NCBI GenBank assembly: GCA_963695095.1
Contig: CAVOFT010000001.1
Location: 2,912,001-2,976,000, forward strand
DNA length: 64,000 bases
Source of the DNA: an uncultured bacterium
GTDB lineage: Bacteria; Krumholzibacteriota; Krumholzibacteriia; JACNKJ01
Direction: 5' to 3'
Part shown: positions 9,627-19,785 of the stretch, piece by piece
Layout of the letters: the number at the start of each line of letters is the position of its first letter
Position numbering within the stretch: the stretch's first letter is position 1
Made by a program: the position numbers and the translations under genes
The notes under the pieces: generated by a model
The model's database searches: none
What the model saw: the letters and a program-made list of their open reading frames with translations, nothing else
Told to the model about the DNA's origin: nothing

Positions 9627-11488
9627 CACCGGGCTCCCTTCACGAGCGCCGCGCGGTGCTCCTCGTAGCCCACGCCCATGCTCTCGGGCATGCCGAAGGC
9701 CTCGGGGCTCAGATAGCGGCCCTGGTTCTTGCTGTCCTTGATCTCCTCCACGGGGATGCGGTTGGCGTTCGCATAGGCGTCCTGGCGGATGCCCGTCACC
9801 ATCCAGGACACCTTCATGCCCGCCTGGCCGCCGGCGATCTGGAAGCGATTGCCGTCCATCTCCCTCGCCACGTAGACCGGCGCGAAGCCGCCGATGCAGG
9901 TGAGCTGGTAGCGGAAGTCGCGGTTGAGCGCCTCGAACCACGCGGGCATCTCCACCCAGGAGCTGCCATCCGCGCCGAGCACGATGTTGCCGTTGTAGAC
10001 GTTCATCATGTCCGGGCTCTCGACAAAGCTGTGGCTGAGCGTCTTGTTCGCGGGATCGAGTGGGTGGTCGATCGTGAAGGAGCCAGCGGCCTTGCTCAGT
10101 GTGCCTGTCACGTGAACATTGCCGCTGAAGTAGCCGGCGTAGTTCGTGGTGCCGCCGGCGCCGTAGCCGAAGACGCCGTAGTTCGTGTTGCTGCCGAGGG
10201 CGTAGCCGTAAACCCCGTACTTGGTGCCGGTGCCGAAGACCTGGCCGATGAGGCCCGTGTAGGAGTTGAGGCCGGTGGAGCTGACTTCACCGACCGCGCC
10301 GGTGTAGCCGCCCGTGAACTTTCCGCCGATTCCAAAGTAGTCGCTCGGCACCGAGCGGCCTTCCACGCCAATGTAGTCCGCCATGCCGACATAGGTGACC
10401 TCACCCATGATGGCGGGACCCGAGGGGTTGTTCACCTCGAGCGGGCGGTCGGGAGCCGAGGTGCCGACGCCGACCCGGCCGCCGATGTAGGCGCTGCTCG
10501 GCGTGTAGATGCCCCACCCTACAGAGGCCGCGTCCAGGTAGCCCAGGGCGGCCCAGGAACCACCACCCTGGTTGCCGCCGATCACGCCGGCCGTGTGGGG
10601 GCTGTCGAAGTAGGTGAAGCCCGCAACACCGGCGCTGTAGCTGTCGCCCCAGCTGTTATAGCCCATCAGGGCGCTGTTCATCCCGTTGGGGGTGAATGAG
10701 AATCCGGGATTGCTCAGATTGGAACTACGCAGGCCATAGATGGCCGCGCGGGCATCGCTGTTGTCGTCGAGGTCGTAGAAGCTGGCGTAGAGGCCGCCCT
10801 CCTCGTTCGGGGTTGCGGCATAGATCTGCAGCTTGGAGAGGGAGGCGTGCCGGCCCATGCGCTCCGCCGTCTTCCCATCGGGGTTCACCGGCCGCGCCGG
10901 CACCACGCCGAGGCCCACCTTGCCCGACGGGCGATAGACGTCGCCGCCGTTGTTGTCCCAGTCGTCGCCGCCGGCCACAGGCGTTTGTGCATCCCAGGCA
11001 GTCCCGTTGAAGGTGAGCACCTGGCCGCTGCTGGGCGTCGGCACACTCACATCGCTCAGCGCATCCAGCGTATGCGCGTGCGTGGCCGTCGCCAGATCGC
11101 TGCTGTTGAGGCCATCGAGCCGATCGGCGTTGAGGCTGTAAGGTGCGGAGGCCAGCACGATGCGCGGCGTCAGCTCCGGATTGGCCCCGACGGCGACGCC
11201 CAGCCAGTAGGTGTCGTTGAAGCTGAGGGAGAGCGAGGTCAGGCTGCCGAGCAGCGCATTGAAGACGCCGTCCTGAACGGAGAGCGTGTGGGTCTCCGTC
11301 CAGAGAGCGGAGCCGCCCGCGGGCACGTTGTAGAGCTTGAAGGTGAGGGTGTAGCTGCCGTCGGCGACGATGCTGCCGCCGTCGTCGCGCAGGATGCCCT
11401 GGTAGCTGATTAGCTGCGGTACCGTGGCCACGGCGGCCGTGGCCCAGAGCAGCAGAGCCAGGAGACCGAAGGGGAGAACGCGTCTCAT
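9626..11488 (-). CDS. Secreted tail-fibre-like protein with C-terminal intramolecular-chaperone-like domain
   Basis: Signal peptide; ISYQGIL...LWTETH...GVFNALLG...PRIVLASAPYSL; GKVGLG/GRVGVGT and YGVYG repeats; KAAGSFTIDHPLDPANKTLSHSFVESP. GAGGAGG RBS before ATG 11488. Confidence 0.7.
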   Translation of the reverse strand: MRRVLPFGLLALLLWATAAVATVPQLISYQGILRDDGGSIVADGSYTLTFKLYNVPAGGSALWTETHTLSVQDGVFNALLGSLTSLSLSFNDTYWLGVAVGANPELTPRIVLASAPYSLNADRLDGLNSSDLATATHAHTLDALSDVSVPTPSSGQVLTFNGTAWDAQTPVAGGDDWDNNGGDVYRPSGKVGLGVVPARPVNPDGKTAERMGRHASLSKLQIYAATPNEEGGLYASFYDLDDNSDARAAIYGLRSSNLSNPGFSFTPNGMNSALMGYNSWGDSYSAGVAGFTYFDSPHTAGVIGGNQGGGSWAALGYLDAASVGWGIYTPSSAYIGGRVGVGTSAPDRPLEVNNPSGPAIMGEVTYVGMADYIGVEGRSVPSDYFGIGGKFTGGYTGAVGEVSSTGLNSYTGLIGQVFGTGTKYGVYGYALGSNTNYGVFGYGAGGTTNYAGYFSGNVHVTGTLSKAAGSFTIDHPLDPANKTLSHSFVESPDMMNVYNGNIVLGADGSSWVEMPAWFEALNRDFRYQLTCIGGFAPVYVAREMDGNRFQIAGGQAGMKVSWMVTGIRQDAYANANRIPVEEIKDSKNQGRYLSPEAFGMPESMGVGYEEHRAALVKGAR

Positions 11489-11835
11489 CGAAGGAACCTC
11501 CTCTAGGGATGTCTGAGCAGCCCACGACTCACGGTTGCACGGGGCCGATAACATCTCGGCCGGCGATGGCGTGAAGTGCGCATGAAGCGTCAAGGACGGG
11601 GGATTCCCCTTGAAGCACGACGAGAGGGCTGCGGTTCGCCCCCTCGATCCTGGCCTTGGCAAGCAGCCTGCGCCGCGCTACCGGACAAGCATAGCATGGA
11701 GACCTAATCCGATTGTGGAAAAAAGAGCATGTGGTATCTAAATTGAATCAAGAATTCAAGAGATAGAACGGGGGAACGCGCGGTTCCCGCCTGCGCACTG
11801 AAGGAGTCCCCTGCCCGCTGCCGGGGACCGAAGAG

Positions 11836-11862
11836 AAAAAGGGGGAGCCTCTCGGCTCCCCC
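11836..11862 (-). terminator. Rho-independent terminator
   Basis: AAAAA-GGGGGAGCC-TCTC-GGCTCCCCC; differs from 9058-9084 by one loop base. Confidence 0.8.
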
Positions 11863-11945
11863 CGTGTGGTTCTCATCTGCTTGCGCTGGCGAGCTCGTTT
11901 CCGGCTCGCGCGCGTTGTATCGCGCGCGAGAGGAAACGAGGGCGC

Positions 11946-14219
11946 CTACTTCAAGAGCATCATCTTCTTCGTCTCGGTCCAGGTCCCGGCCGACAGGCGA
12001 TAGAAGTAGACGCCGCTGCCCACGCTGCGGCCCGCGTCATCGGTGCCGTTCCAGACCACCTGCTGCATGCCCGCCGGCAAGTAGCCGTCCAGGAGACGCG
12101 CCACGTGCTGGCCGCTGGCGCTGAACACGTCCAGGGCGACCCGCGAGGCCGCCGGCAGCGCGAAGCCGATCGTGGTCTTGGGGTTGAAGGGGTTCGGGTG
12201 GTTCTGGCCCAGGGCGACGGCCGCGGGCGTCGAATCGCCGACCGGCGTCAGGTCCACGAGCACGTCCACCTGGCCGACGTAGGCGAAGCGGTTGAAGTTC
12301 GTCACCGTCACCGTGATCTGGCCCTCGGGCAGGCTGCGCACGATGGGCACGATGGCCACACCGCCGGCATCGGCGATGGCGGAGCCCAGGAAGGTGCCGC
12401 CGCTGCTCAGGCCCACCAGGGCGCCCGGCTCGGCGTTCACCGTGAAGTCGGTGGCGGCCAGCAGGATCTGGCTGTCGTGGGAAACGCTCATCGCCGTCGG
12501 CGTGTCCGTGCGCACGCGCAGGGTAGGATCGCCGAAGATGGTCCAGCACTTGTACTCGGTCTGCCCCGTGCTGCCGTACTCGTCCATCATCTGGCAGGAG
12601 CCGTTGTAGCAGAGGCCGCCGAAGCTGCGCTTGGCGCCCGCGCGCAAGAGGTCCGTCACCTCGTCCTGCGCGGACATCGGCGGCGCCCAGCTCTGGTTGA
12701 TCGTCGAGGCGTACATGGCCACCGCGCCCGAGGGCTCGCCGTTGTGGCTGGCGCGTAGCCAGGCCTCGGCGAAGCAGGTGGCGCTCATGAAGGCGCCGTT
12801 GACGCAGGCCACGCTGACGATGAAGGGCAGCTTGTTGTCGTTGGTCAGCGCGTTGACGTGCGTGTTCGAGAAGCCCGTCGTGCTCCAGGCCGTCGTGCTG
12901 CCGTGGCCGCAGTAGTTCATGAAGCTGCGCCCGTAGTTGACCGCGGTGGTCACCATGGCCGCCGTGCCGCCATTGGTGGCGTAGATCTGGTCCACCTGAT
13001 TGTAGGTGAAGCCGAGCAGCTTGCCGCGGATCACGTCCATGTGCTGCCAGTCGGCTTCGCCGTCGTCGCCGATGCCGGCGCCCTCGGCGGAGCCGATGCC
13101 CACGCCCTTCTTGTACCAGTCGGCGCTGGCCTGGGCGTCGCGCTCGTACTCGATGAACTTGGTGATCTGGTTGGTGACCTCGGCGGTCGTGGTCGCCGAC
13201 AGGCGGCCCACGAAGCCCTCCGGGTAGCTGTCGGTGCCGGCCAGGAGCGCCAGCGAGGGATCCGAGGCGCCGCCGGACACTGTGATGTAGGGCACCTGGG
13301 CGCCGTCGCCCACGAGGAGCACGTAGCAGAGCTCGTCGGTGTCGTACATGTTCTGCACGTAGGCCTTGAGCGCCGTCCCCGTCGCGCCGGCCGTGGAGAC
13401 GGGCACCATCGTGGTCTCGATGCCCATCTGGTTCTTCCAGTCCACGAAGGGCTGCATGGCGCTCATGAAGGCGTCGTAGGCGATGACGAGCAGGCAGTCG
13501 CCCTCGGGCACCGAGGCGTAGCGATCGCCCAGGCCGGACTGCTCGTAGTTCAGGTAGTGGCGCTCGTAGATGCGCTCGAACTCCGCCACGGCCTTGGCGG
13601 GCCGGTGGGTGAGCACGTTGACCATGCCCGGCCCGGTGACCGCGACCTCCACCGTGAGGCCCGTGTAGACGCGCAGGGTGTGCGTGGCCGGATTGTAGGC
13701 GAAGGGGTTCACCTCGACGACCAGGCCGCGGGTGTCGCGCATGATGTAGGGCTCGTCCAGCCGGGCGGACTCGGCCGGGTACCAGGCGTTCTCGCCGTAG
13801 AAGTCGGCGAACTCGTAGCGCACGAGCGAGGGATCCACGTTGCGCGTCAGGTTGCCCTTGGACGGCGCCACGTCGATGCCCGGCAGGTCCACGTACTGGG
13901 CGTCCAGGATGCGCAGGCCCATGGCGGCGTCATCGGGGATGACGATGGACTCGCGCAGGGTGGGCAGGCCCGGCAGCCCCAGCTCGAGGCGCTGGGCCCG
14001 GTTGCCCAGGTCGACCACGCTGTACTCGCGGCCGTCGATGAAGACGGTCTCCAGCGTGAAGGCATTGATGGCGTAGTGGACGACGGTGCGCTCGAGATTG
14101 GCCTGGAGCACTTCGATGTCGTAAAGGCCATCGCCGTCCTGCACGACGACCTGCTGTGCGGCCAGGGCGGCCGAGGCGGCAGCGAGAAGCAGAACCAGCG
14201 ACAGTGTCAGTCTTTTCAT
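11946..14219 (-). CDS. Gingipain-like cysteine peptidase (family C25) with propeptide and FlgD/T9SS-like CTD
   Basis: YVLLVGD, FVGRLS, MNYCGHGS (His), SVACVNG (Cys), TIFGDP, QNHPNPFNP...SGVYFYRL...KKMMLLK. Confidence 0.9.
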   Translation of the reverse strand: MKRLTLSLVLLLAAASAALAAQQVVVQDGDGLYDIEVLQANLERTVVHYAINAFTLETVFIDGREYSVVDLGNRAQRLELGLPGLPTLRESIVIPDDAAMGLRILDAQYVDLPGIDVAPSKGNLTRNVDPSLVRYEFADFYGENAWYPAESARLDEPYIMRDTRGLVVEVNPFAYNPATHTLRVYTGLTVEVAVTGPGMVNVLTHRPAKAVAEFERIYERHYLNYEQSGLGDRYASVPEGDCLLVIAYDAFMSAMQPFVDWKNQMGIETTMVPVSTAGATGTALKAYVQNMYDTDELCYVLLVGDGAQVPYITVSGGASDPSLALLAGTDSYPEGFVGRLSATTTAEVTNQITKFIEYERDAQASADWYKKGVGIGSAEGAGIGDDGEADWQHMDVIRGKLLGFTYNQVDQIYATNGGTAAMVTTAVNYGRSFMNYCGHGSTTAWSTTGFSNTHVNALTNDNKLPFIVSVACVNGAFMSATCFAEAWLRASHNGEPSGAVAMYASTINQSWAPPMSAQDEVTDLLRAGAKRSFGGLCYNGSCQMMDEYGSTGQTEYKCWTIFGDPTLRVRTDTPTAMSVSHDSQILLAATDFTVNAEPGALVGLSSGGTFLGSAIADAGGVAIVPIVRSLPEGQITVTVTNFNRFAYVGQVDVLVDLTPVGDSTPAAVALGQNHPNPFNPKTTIGFALPAASRVALDVFSASGQHVARLLDGYLPAGMQQVVWNGTDDAGRSVGSGVYFYRLSAGTWTETKKMMLLK

Positions 14220-14428
14220 TCCAACCCCCGGGGCGTGGGCGGTGAGTCATGGGAGAAACGGTGAGCAGTAGCTTACCCTGCGGCGGATATCGCACGGGGA
14301 AGACATGATTCTAGCAGAATTGCGAAGCCCGGACAACGGCAGATTCGCCCTGGGAAGGCCATGTTGGGAAAGCACTTGGGCCCTATTTCCAGAGGTGGAA
14401 TCGGAAATCGGCGGGCTTCGGCGGCCGC

Positions 14429-15710
14429 TCAGGGGCCGTAGAGCACCTTGATCTCGCCGATCGTGGTGTCCTCCACCCGCCGCCATGAGGCCGGCACTCG
14501 CCTGGTGGTCGCGACATCCCGCCACTTCCAGAGCCGCCACTCGGTGCCGGCGCCCACCTGCACCGGGAAGCAGTGGACGATGGCGCGATCTTGCACGAGG
14601 AAGGCCGAGGGCCCGCCCGCGATCGTCGCTTTCAGGGTCATGAGGATGTTCGTGTCGTAGGCTCGCCAGAGCGCGTCCTCCGGGCAGGGATCCTCCCCCA
14701 CCTGGCCACCCGTAACCGCCTGCCAGTCCCCGGACCCCATGAAGTCCGCGGCGAGCGCCCTGAGACCGGCCAGGCCCTCGCCCGGCTCCTCGCCCAGCAG
14801 GGTTTCCGTGCAGGTCTGCTCGTCCTGGCAGGGCCAGGAGACCGGCAGGCTGGGGTCCGCCGCCTGATCGAAGTAGAAGCTGAAGGGCAGGTAGTGCTCG
14901 CCGTCCGTGGCCGCCTCGCTGCCGTCGTAGAGCAGGGCCGCGTAGCCGACGGGATCCAGGGCCTCCCAGGCGAGCAGGAGGTTCGCCATCAGGTGATCCG
15001 GGCTGTCGTTGGACAGGTAGGCCGGCGCCGGCGGGGCGAAGTAGGCCTTCACCTCGCTGAGGGACTTCTCCGCAGCGCCGCCTGGAATGGCGCCCGCGCG
15101 CCGGTCCGTTTCGTCCCACCACTTCCAGAGCCGCCACTCGGAGACGCCCTCCACCTCCACCGGCACGCACTGGAAGAGGAAGCGGCCGCTGATCGACAGC
15201 TGGTCGGTGTCGCCGCCACCGATTGCTGCTTTCAACGTGATGAGCATGCTCACCGCGTGCAGGCACCAGCGAGCTTCGGTCGGGAAGGGGTCGCCGGCGA
15301 TCTCGTCGCCGCCCATCGGGCCCCAGTCGCCGATGGGGCTGAGCTGAAGCGCCACCGATTTTATACCCGGCACTCCGTCGCCGGCCAGGCCGCTCATCAG
15401 GCGCGCGGCGCAGAGCGTGTCCCGGGACTTCACCCAGAACGCGGGCAAGTCGAGGCTGACGCTCTCCACGAAGTGGAACTTGAAGGGCGCATAGAAGGCG
15501 CCGTCCGTGGCGGTCTGCTCGCCTCCGTAGAGCAGGCTGGCGTAGCCGGCCGACGTCCATGGCCTCCCAGGCCATTTCCAGGTTGGCGATCAGGTTCTCG
15601 GGGCTCGTGTTGGGCAGATAGTCGGGCGGGCCTTGAACGCCTGCGGGATTGTCCCCCCCGCAGCCCGCGGCAAGCAGCGAACCCACGCAGAGCAAGAGTC
15701 CGAAGCGCAT
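14429..15710 (-). CDS. Lipoprotein, two-domain member of the paralogue array (frameshifted)
   Basis: MRFGLLLCVGSLLAAGC lipobox; two copies of the SP(E/D)xLxANL..AWEA.D...EWRLWKW domain; ends TTIGEIKVLYGP. Confidence 0.7.
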
Positions 15711-15729
15711 GTCCACCCCCCGCAACTCG

Positions 15730-16449
15730 TCAGTAGAGCGCCTTGATACTGCTGAAGGACGATTCCTCAGTCCGCGCCCGCGCCGTGGAGAGCGTCCGGG
15801 CCAGGGTGACGACATCCCGCCACTTCCAGAGCCGCCACTCGGTGTTCGCGCCCACCTGCACGGGAATGCAGTGCACGATCAGCCAGTCCTGGACGAGCCA
15901 GGCACTCGTGTTCTCGCCGTAGTTGCCCTTCAGCGAGATCAGGAAGTTCGTGGTGTAGCTCCGCCAGCGAGCATCCTCGGGATAGGGGTCCCCGTCCACA
16001 TCGGGGCCGATCGGGGCCGTCCAGACGCCAATGGGGTTCAGGTCCATGCTCACGGACCTTACGCCCGGCACCGCGTGCCCCTGGCTGTCCATCCCCTCCT
16101 CGCCGCCGAGGAGCGCCCCGGTGCGGACGAGCTCCCGATCGTAGAGGTCGATCACGGGCAGATCGGGGTCCAGGCTGCGATCGTAGTAGAACTTGTAGGG
16201 CGCGTAGGCTTGCCCGTCCGTGGCCAGCTCGATGCCGTCGTAGAGCAGGGCGGCGTAGCCCTCGGCATCCATGGCCTCCCAGGCGATGACGAGATTGGCA
16301 ATCACGTTGTCCGGGCTGTCGTTGGCAAGGTAGTCCGGCCCCTCGGGCGGGTTCAGCGTGCGCTCGGCGTCCTCGCCGCAGCCGGCGAGGAGGCCGCCGG
16401 CCAACGCAAGAACTGCAAGCGCAGCTCGCCACCTTCGCGATGTCTTCAT
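15730..16449 (-). CDS. Lipoprotein of unknown function (paralogue array)
   Basis: LLAGC lipobox; DSPDNVIANLVIAWEAMDAEGYAALL...EWRLWKWRD; ends SSFSSIKALY. Confidence 0.8.
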   Translation of the reverse strand: MKTSRRWRAALAVLALAGGLLAGCGEDAERTLNPPEGPDYLANDSPDNVIANLVIAWEAMDAEGYAALLYDGIELATDGQAYAPYKFYYDRSLDPDLPVIDLYDRELVRTGALLGGEEGMDSQGHAVPGVRSVSMDLNPIGVWTAPIGPDVDGDPYPEDARWRSYTTNFLISLKGNYGENTSAWLVQDWLIVHCIPVQVGANTEWRLWKWRDVVTLARTLSTARARTEESSFSSIKALY

Positions 16450-16458
16450 GCGCGCCCC

Positions 16459-17136
16459 CTAGTCGTCGGGTTCGAAGTAGAGCTTGAGACCGCTCAAGGA
16501 GAAGCGGACCGGCCCCGGTCTCTCCTCAGCTGGCTCCGGGCTGGGTGTCATCCCGGTGAAGTCCTCCCAGCGCCAGAGCCTCCATTCCTGCGGATCGCCG
16601 GCGTCCAGAGGCCGGCAGTAGAGCAGGGCAATGGCGGCGACGTGCAGGCCGTTGATCGCCGTGCCCTCGATCGGCTCGCGCAGCCTGACCAGCATCTCGA
16701 GGGCGTAGCTCCGGCGCAGCGTCCCGTCCGGCACGCTGTGGCCCTCCAGGTCCTCGGGGGTGACGGCCTCCCAATCACCCTCTGGGCTGAGCGTCATCGC
16801 GATCGAGGCGATTCCCGGCATGGCGATGTCGCCGATTTCTGCGCCGGGCTGGCCGCTGAGGAGACGCTCGGCGCAGTCAATCTCCTCCTCGTGGCCCCAG
16901 AGGTAGGTGAAGGTCGGATCATCCCGGAAGAAGTAGAAGTCGAAGCCCGCATCGAGCAGGGAGGTGTAGCCTGCGGCATCCATGGCCGTCCAGGCGAGGG
17001 CGACGTTCGCCACCACGCTATCTGGGCCGCTGTTCGCCCAGTAGCCGGGCGGCGTGGGAGTCAGGCTGTGCTTCGCATCCTCACCGCAGCCGGCGAGGAG
17101 CAGGAGGCTCAAGCAGAACAGCCGTACCCAGCGCAT
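16459..17136 (-). CDS. Lipoprotein of unknown function (paralogue array)
   Basis: MRWVRLFCLSLLLLAGC; GPDSVVANVALAWTAMD...EWRLWRWED; ends FSLSGLKLYFEPDD. Confidence 0.78.
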   Translation of the reverse strand: MRWVRLFCLSLLLLAGCGEDAKHSLTPTPPGYWANSGPDSVVANVALAWTAMDAAGYTSLLDAGFDFYFFRDDPTFTYLWGHEEEIDCAERLLSGQPGAEIGDIAMPGIASIAMTLSPEGDWEAVTPEDLEGHSVPDGTLRRSYALEMLVRLREPIEGTAINGLHVAAIALLYCRPLDAGDPQEWRLWRWEDFTGMTPSPEPAEERPGPVRFSLSGLKLYFEPDD

Positions 17137-17150
17137 CGAGTCCCCCCTTA

Positions 17151-17891
17151 CTACTCGGGCACGTAGAGCCACTTCACCTGTCCCCAAGTCGCATCCTCGG
17201 TCCGCTCGGGGGGATCGGGCACAGTCCTCCCGAGATAGTAGACGTCCCACCACTTCCACAGACGCCATTCAATGTCGCCACCAACCTGCACGGGAATGCA
17301 GCAAAAAGTGGCCTGGTGCTGCACGTAGAAGGCATTGATGCCCCAATCCGCCATCGCCTTCAGGGTAATGAGCGAGGCGTGAAAGAAGCCCCTCTGCTGA
17401 ACCGACTCCGGGCAGGAGTCGCCCGCTGCCTCTCCTCCCACCAGCTCCATCCATGCTCCAAAACCCGTAAGCTGGACGGCGAGCGACCTCACTCCCGGGA
17501 CCGGGTCGCCCTCATGATTCCCCGGCTCGCCCCCGAGCAGGGGCTCCATGCATGCCAACTCCTCGGCGCGGCTCAGTGTGTCGGGCAGCGTGGGGTCCAG
17601 GCTGCGGTCGAAGTAGAACTTGTAGGGCGCATAGGTCAGCCCATCCGTGGCCGGCTCGATGCCGTCGTAGAGCAGGGCGGCGTAGCCCTCGGCATCCATG
17701 GCCTCCATGGCGATCACCAGGTTGGCGATCACGTTGCCCGGGCTGTCGTTGGCGAGGTAGTCGGGTCCCTCGGGCGGGTTCAGGCTGCGCTTGTCCTCGT
17801 CGCAGCCGAGCGCAAGGGCCTGCAAGCAGGCGAGCGCGATCAGGAGGCCGCGAGCGCGGCTAGGTCTGGCGTTCCGGTTCCGGCAGTGCAT
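17151..17891 (-). CDS. Lipoprotein of unknown function (paralogue array)
   Basis: LALGC lipobox; DSPGNVIANL...EWRLWKWWD; ends ATWGQVKWLYVPE. Confidence 0.8.
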   Translation of the reverse strand: MHCRNRNARPSRARGLLIALACLQALALGCDEDKRSLNPPEGPDYLANDSPGNVIANLVIAMEAMDAEGYAALLYDGIEPATDGLTYAPYKFYFDRSLDPTLPDTLSRAEELACMEPLLGGEPGNHEGDPVPGVRSLAVQLTGFGAWMELVGGEAAGDSCPESVQQRGFFHASLITLKAMADWGINAFYVQHQATFCCIPVQVGGDIEWRLWKWWDVYYLGRTVPDPPERTEDATWGQVKWLYVPE

Positions 17892-18075
17892 GCTCCCGTC
17901 CCTTCGCCCGCGCCATCTGCACGTAGCTGACGAACGCGGCCCCCACGGCCATGCCGCTGAAGAAGAGCGTCAGCACGTCCACCAGGCGGGCTTCCTCGCC
18001 CACCACCATGATCGACGCGTAGAGCCCCGCCACCAGCGAGGCCAGCAGGCCGATCCCCGTGAGCTTTTTCCTCAT
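17860..18075 (-). CDS. Small two-TM membrane protein
   Basis: 71 aa with two hydrophobic segments; TGCTAGGGT -10-like element ends 7 nt before the ATG. Confidence 0.6.
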   Translation of the reverse strand: MRKKLTGIGLLASLVAGLYASIMVVGEEARLVDVLTLFFSGMAVGAAFVSYVQMARAKGREHALPEPERQT

Positions 18076-18168
18076 GGCACAACCCTAGCAAATCGCAAGG
18101 CCGAAGTGGAGAACAATCGAATGGCAAGTGCTCGTGCCGGCCGGTCCGCCGGGCAGGCGCGGCAGCGC

Positions 18169-19609
18169 CTACTTCATCAGCAAGAGCTTGCGCGTGGCCG
18201 CGCCCTGCGGTCCGACCAAGCGCGCCAGGTAGACGCCGCTGGCAAGCGGCCGGCCGGCCTGGTCGCGGCCGTCCCAGCTTGCCGCCTGTTCGCCCGCGGG
18301 CCAGTCGCCCTCGGCGAGCAGGCGCAGCCGGCGGCCCTGCAAGTCCAGCACTTCCAGACGCGCCCGGCCCGGCGCGGCGAGCGCGAAGACCAGGCGGACG
18401 CTGGGATTGAAGGGGTTCGGCCAGGCCTCCAGGCGCAGCGCCGCACTTGGCGGGGCCTCGGGTGCCGCCGTGGCGCCCAGGTGCAGGGTCACGGGCACGA
18501 TCAGGTCCCCCGCCGGATCGTTCGAGCTGAAGCGCAGGCCGGCCAGCTGGTCCTCGCCCGGCGGCAGGCCCTCCGTGTCCACCTGCACCCACAGGGTATC
18601 CACCTCGCCCGCCGCCAGGCTGCCCGCCGCCGGCCCCGCGATCTCCAGCCAGTCGATGGGCCGGTGGATGTAGAAGCTCGCCGCGCTCTCGTCCTCGCAG
18701 GCGCCGCCCACGTCGGCGACGCGCACGCGGCAAGCGGCCGACAGCGGCCCGGTCACCACCCAGTCGAAGGGCAGGCCGGCGGGGTGGCCGACGGCCAGCG
18801 GCTCCCAGCTCTGGCTGCCGTCGCGGCTCAGCGAGAGATCCACCGCGTCGATCCCGCCCCAGCTGCTCCAGCGGATCTGCTGGCTCTCGCCCAGGGCCCA
18901 GACCTCGCCGCCGTCGGGCACGAGCAGGTCCAGCCCCGGCCCGCCGGGTCCGGCGAGCACCAGCTTGCCGGCGATGTCATGGGGCGGGCTGCCGTAGCCG
19001 TCGCCGCTCATCGTCCAGGGCAGGCCCAGGTTGCCGTAGAGCTCGGGGGCGAAGACCACGGTGACCGTGGCGGTCACCGTCTCGCCGCCGTAGACGTTGC
19101 CCCAGCCGCCGTTGGCGTCGATCCAGCGCACCAGCGCGCCGTTGCCCGTGGCATTCGTGGTGGCGAGAACGCCGCCGCTGCCGCCGACGAAGTGGGTCGA
19201 GCCGAGCACGTTCGCCCCCAGCGGGAAGTCCAGCGTGATGCCGTCGAGCCAGTCGTAGTCCGGGCTGGCATTGGTCACCGAGAGGGTGAACTGCAGGGTC
19301 TGGCCGGGCTGGTAGGCGTCGGGATCGGCCGTGAAGGTGGAGCCGCCGATGTTGCGGCCGCCCGGCAGGAAGGGATCGTCGACGGCCGCCGTCCACAGGA
19401 GCTGGCTGCCGGGCTCGCCCAGGTTGGCGACGTAGAGGGGCAGCAGCGCGCTGCCGCCGGGCTCGAGGGCGAGCTCCAGCAGCCGGCGGCTGCACATCGA
19501 GCAGTGGCTGCTCGTCCGCAGCAACCGGCAAGGGCAGCCTGCCGGCGGCCATGGCCCAGACCAATACGACAATGCCCGACCCGAGACGGGCCGGGTGCGG
19601 CTTGTTCAA
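18169..19609 (-). CDS. Secreted Ig-like multi-domain protein with FlgD/T9SS-like CTD (frameshift near 19483)
   Basis: TTG 19609 gives a signal-like MNKPHPARLGSGIVVLVWAMAAGRLPLPVAA; after a 1-nt shift LLELALEPGG...PDGGEVW...AWPNPFNP...SGVYLARL...RKLLLMK. Confidence 0.7.
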
Positions 19610-19785
19610 TCCACGCCGTCCTTTCAGCGCTGGGGAGCGCGGATGCCCGACAAGAGGCCCCTCCAGTATAACACTCCGCAGGATGCCGTGATAGTCGTTG
19701 CCAGTGTCGGCGCCAGAGGCTACCTTCGCGCCGCCTGCCGAGCGGGCAGGCGCAGCTCCCCATCCTGAAGCCAGCGAGGTATGCG

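Noticed and set aside
9626..11488. Prophage
   Set aside because: The fibre-like gene has a signal peptide, and there are no capsid, terminase or integrase genes.
14429..17891. Diversity-generating retroelement or integron behind the paralogue arrays
   Set aside because: No reverse transcriptase or integrase, no attC-sized gaps (spacers are about 10-20 nt), and differences between copies are not confined to adenines.
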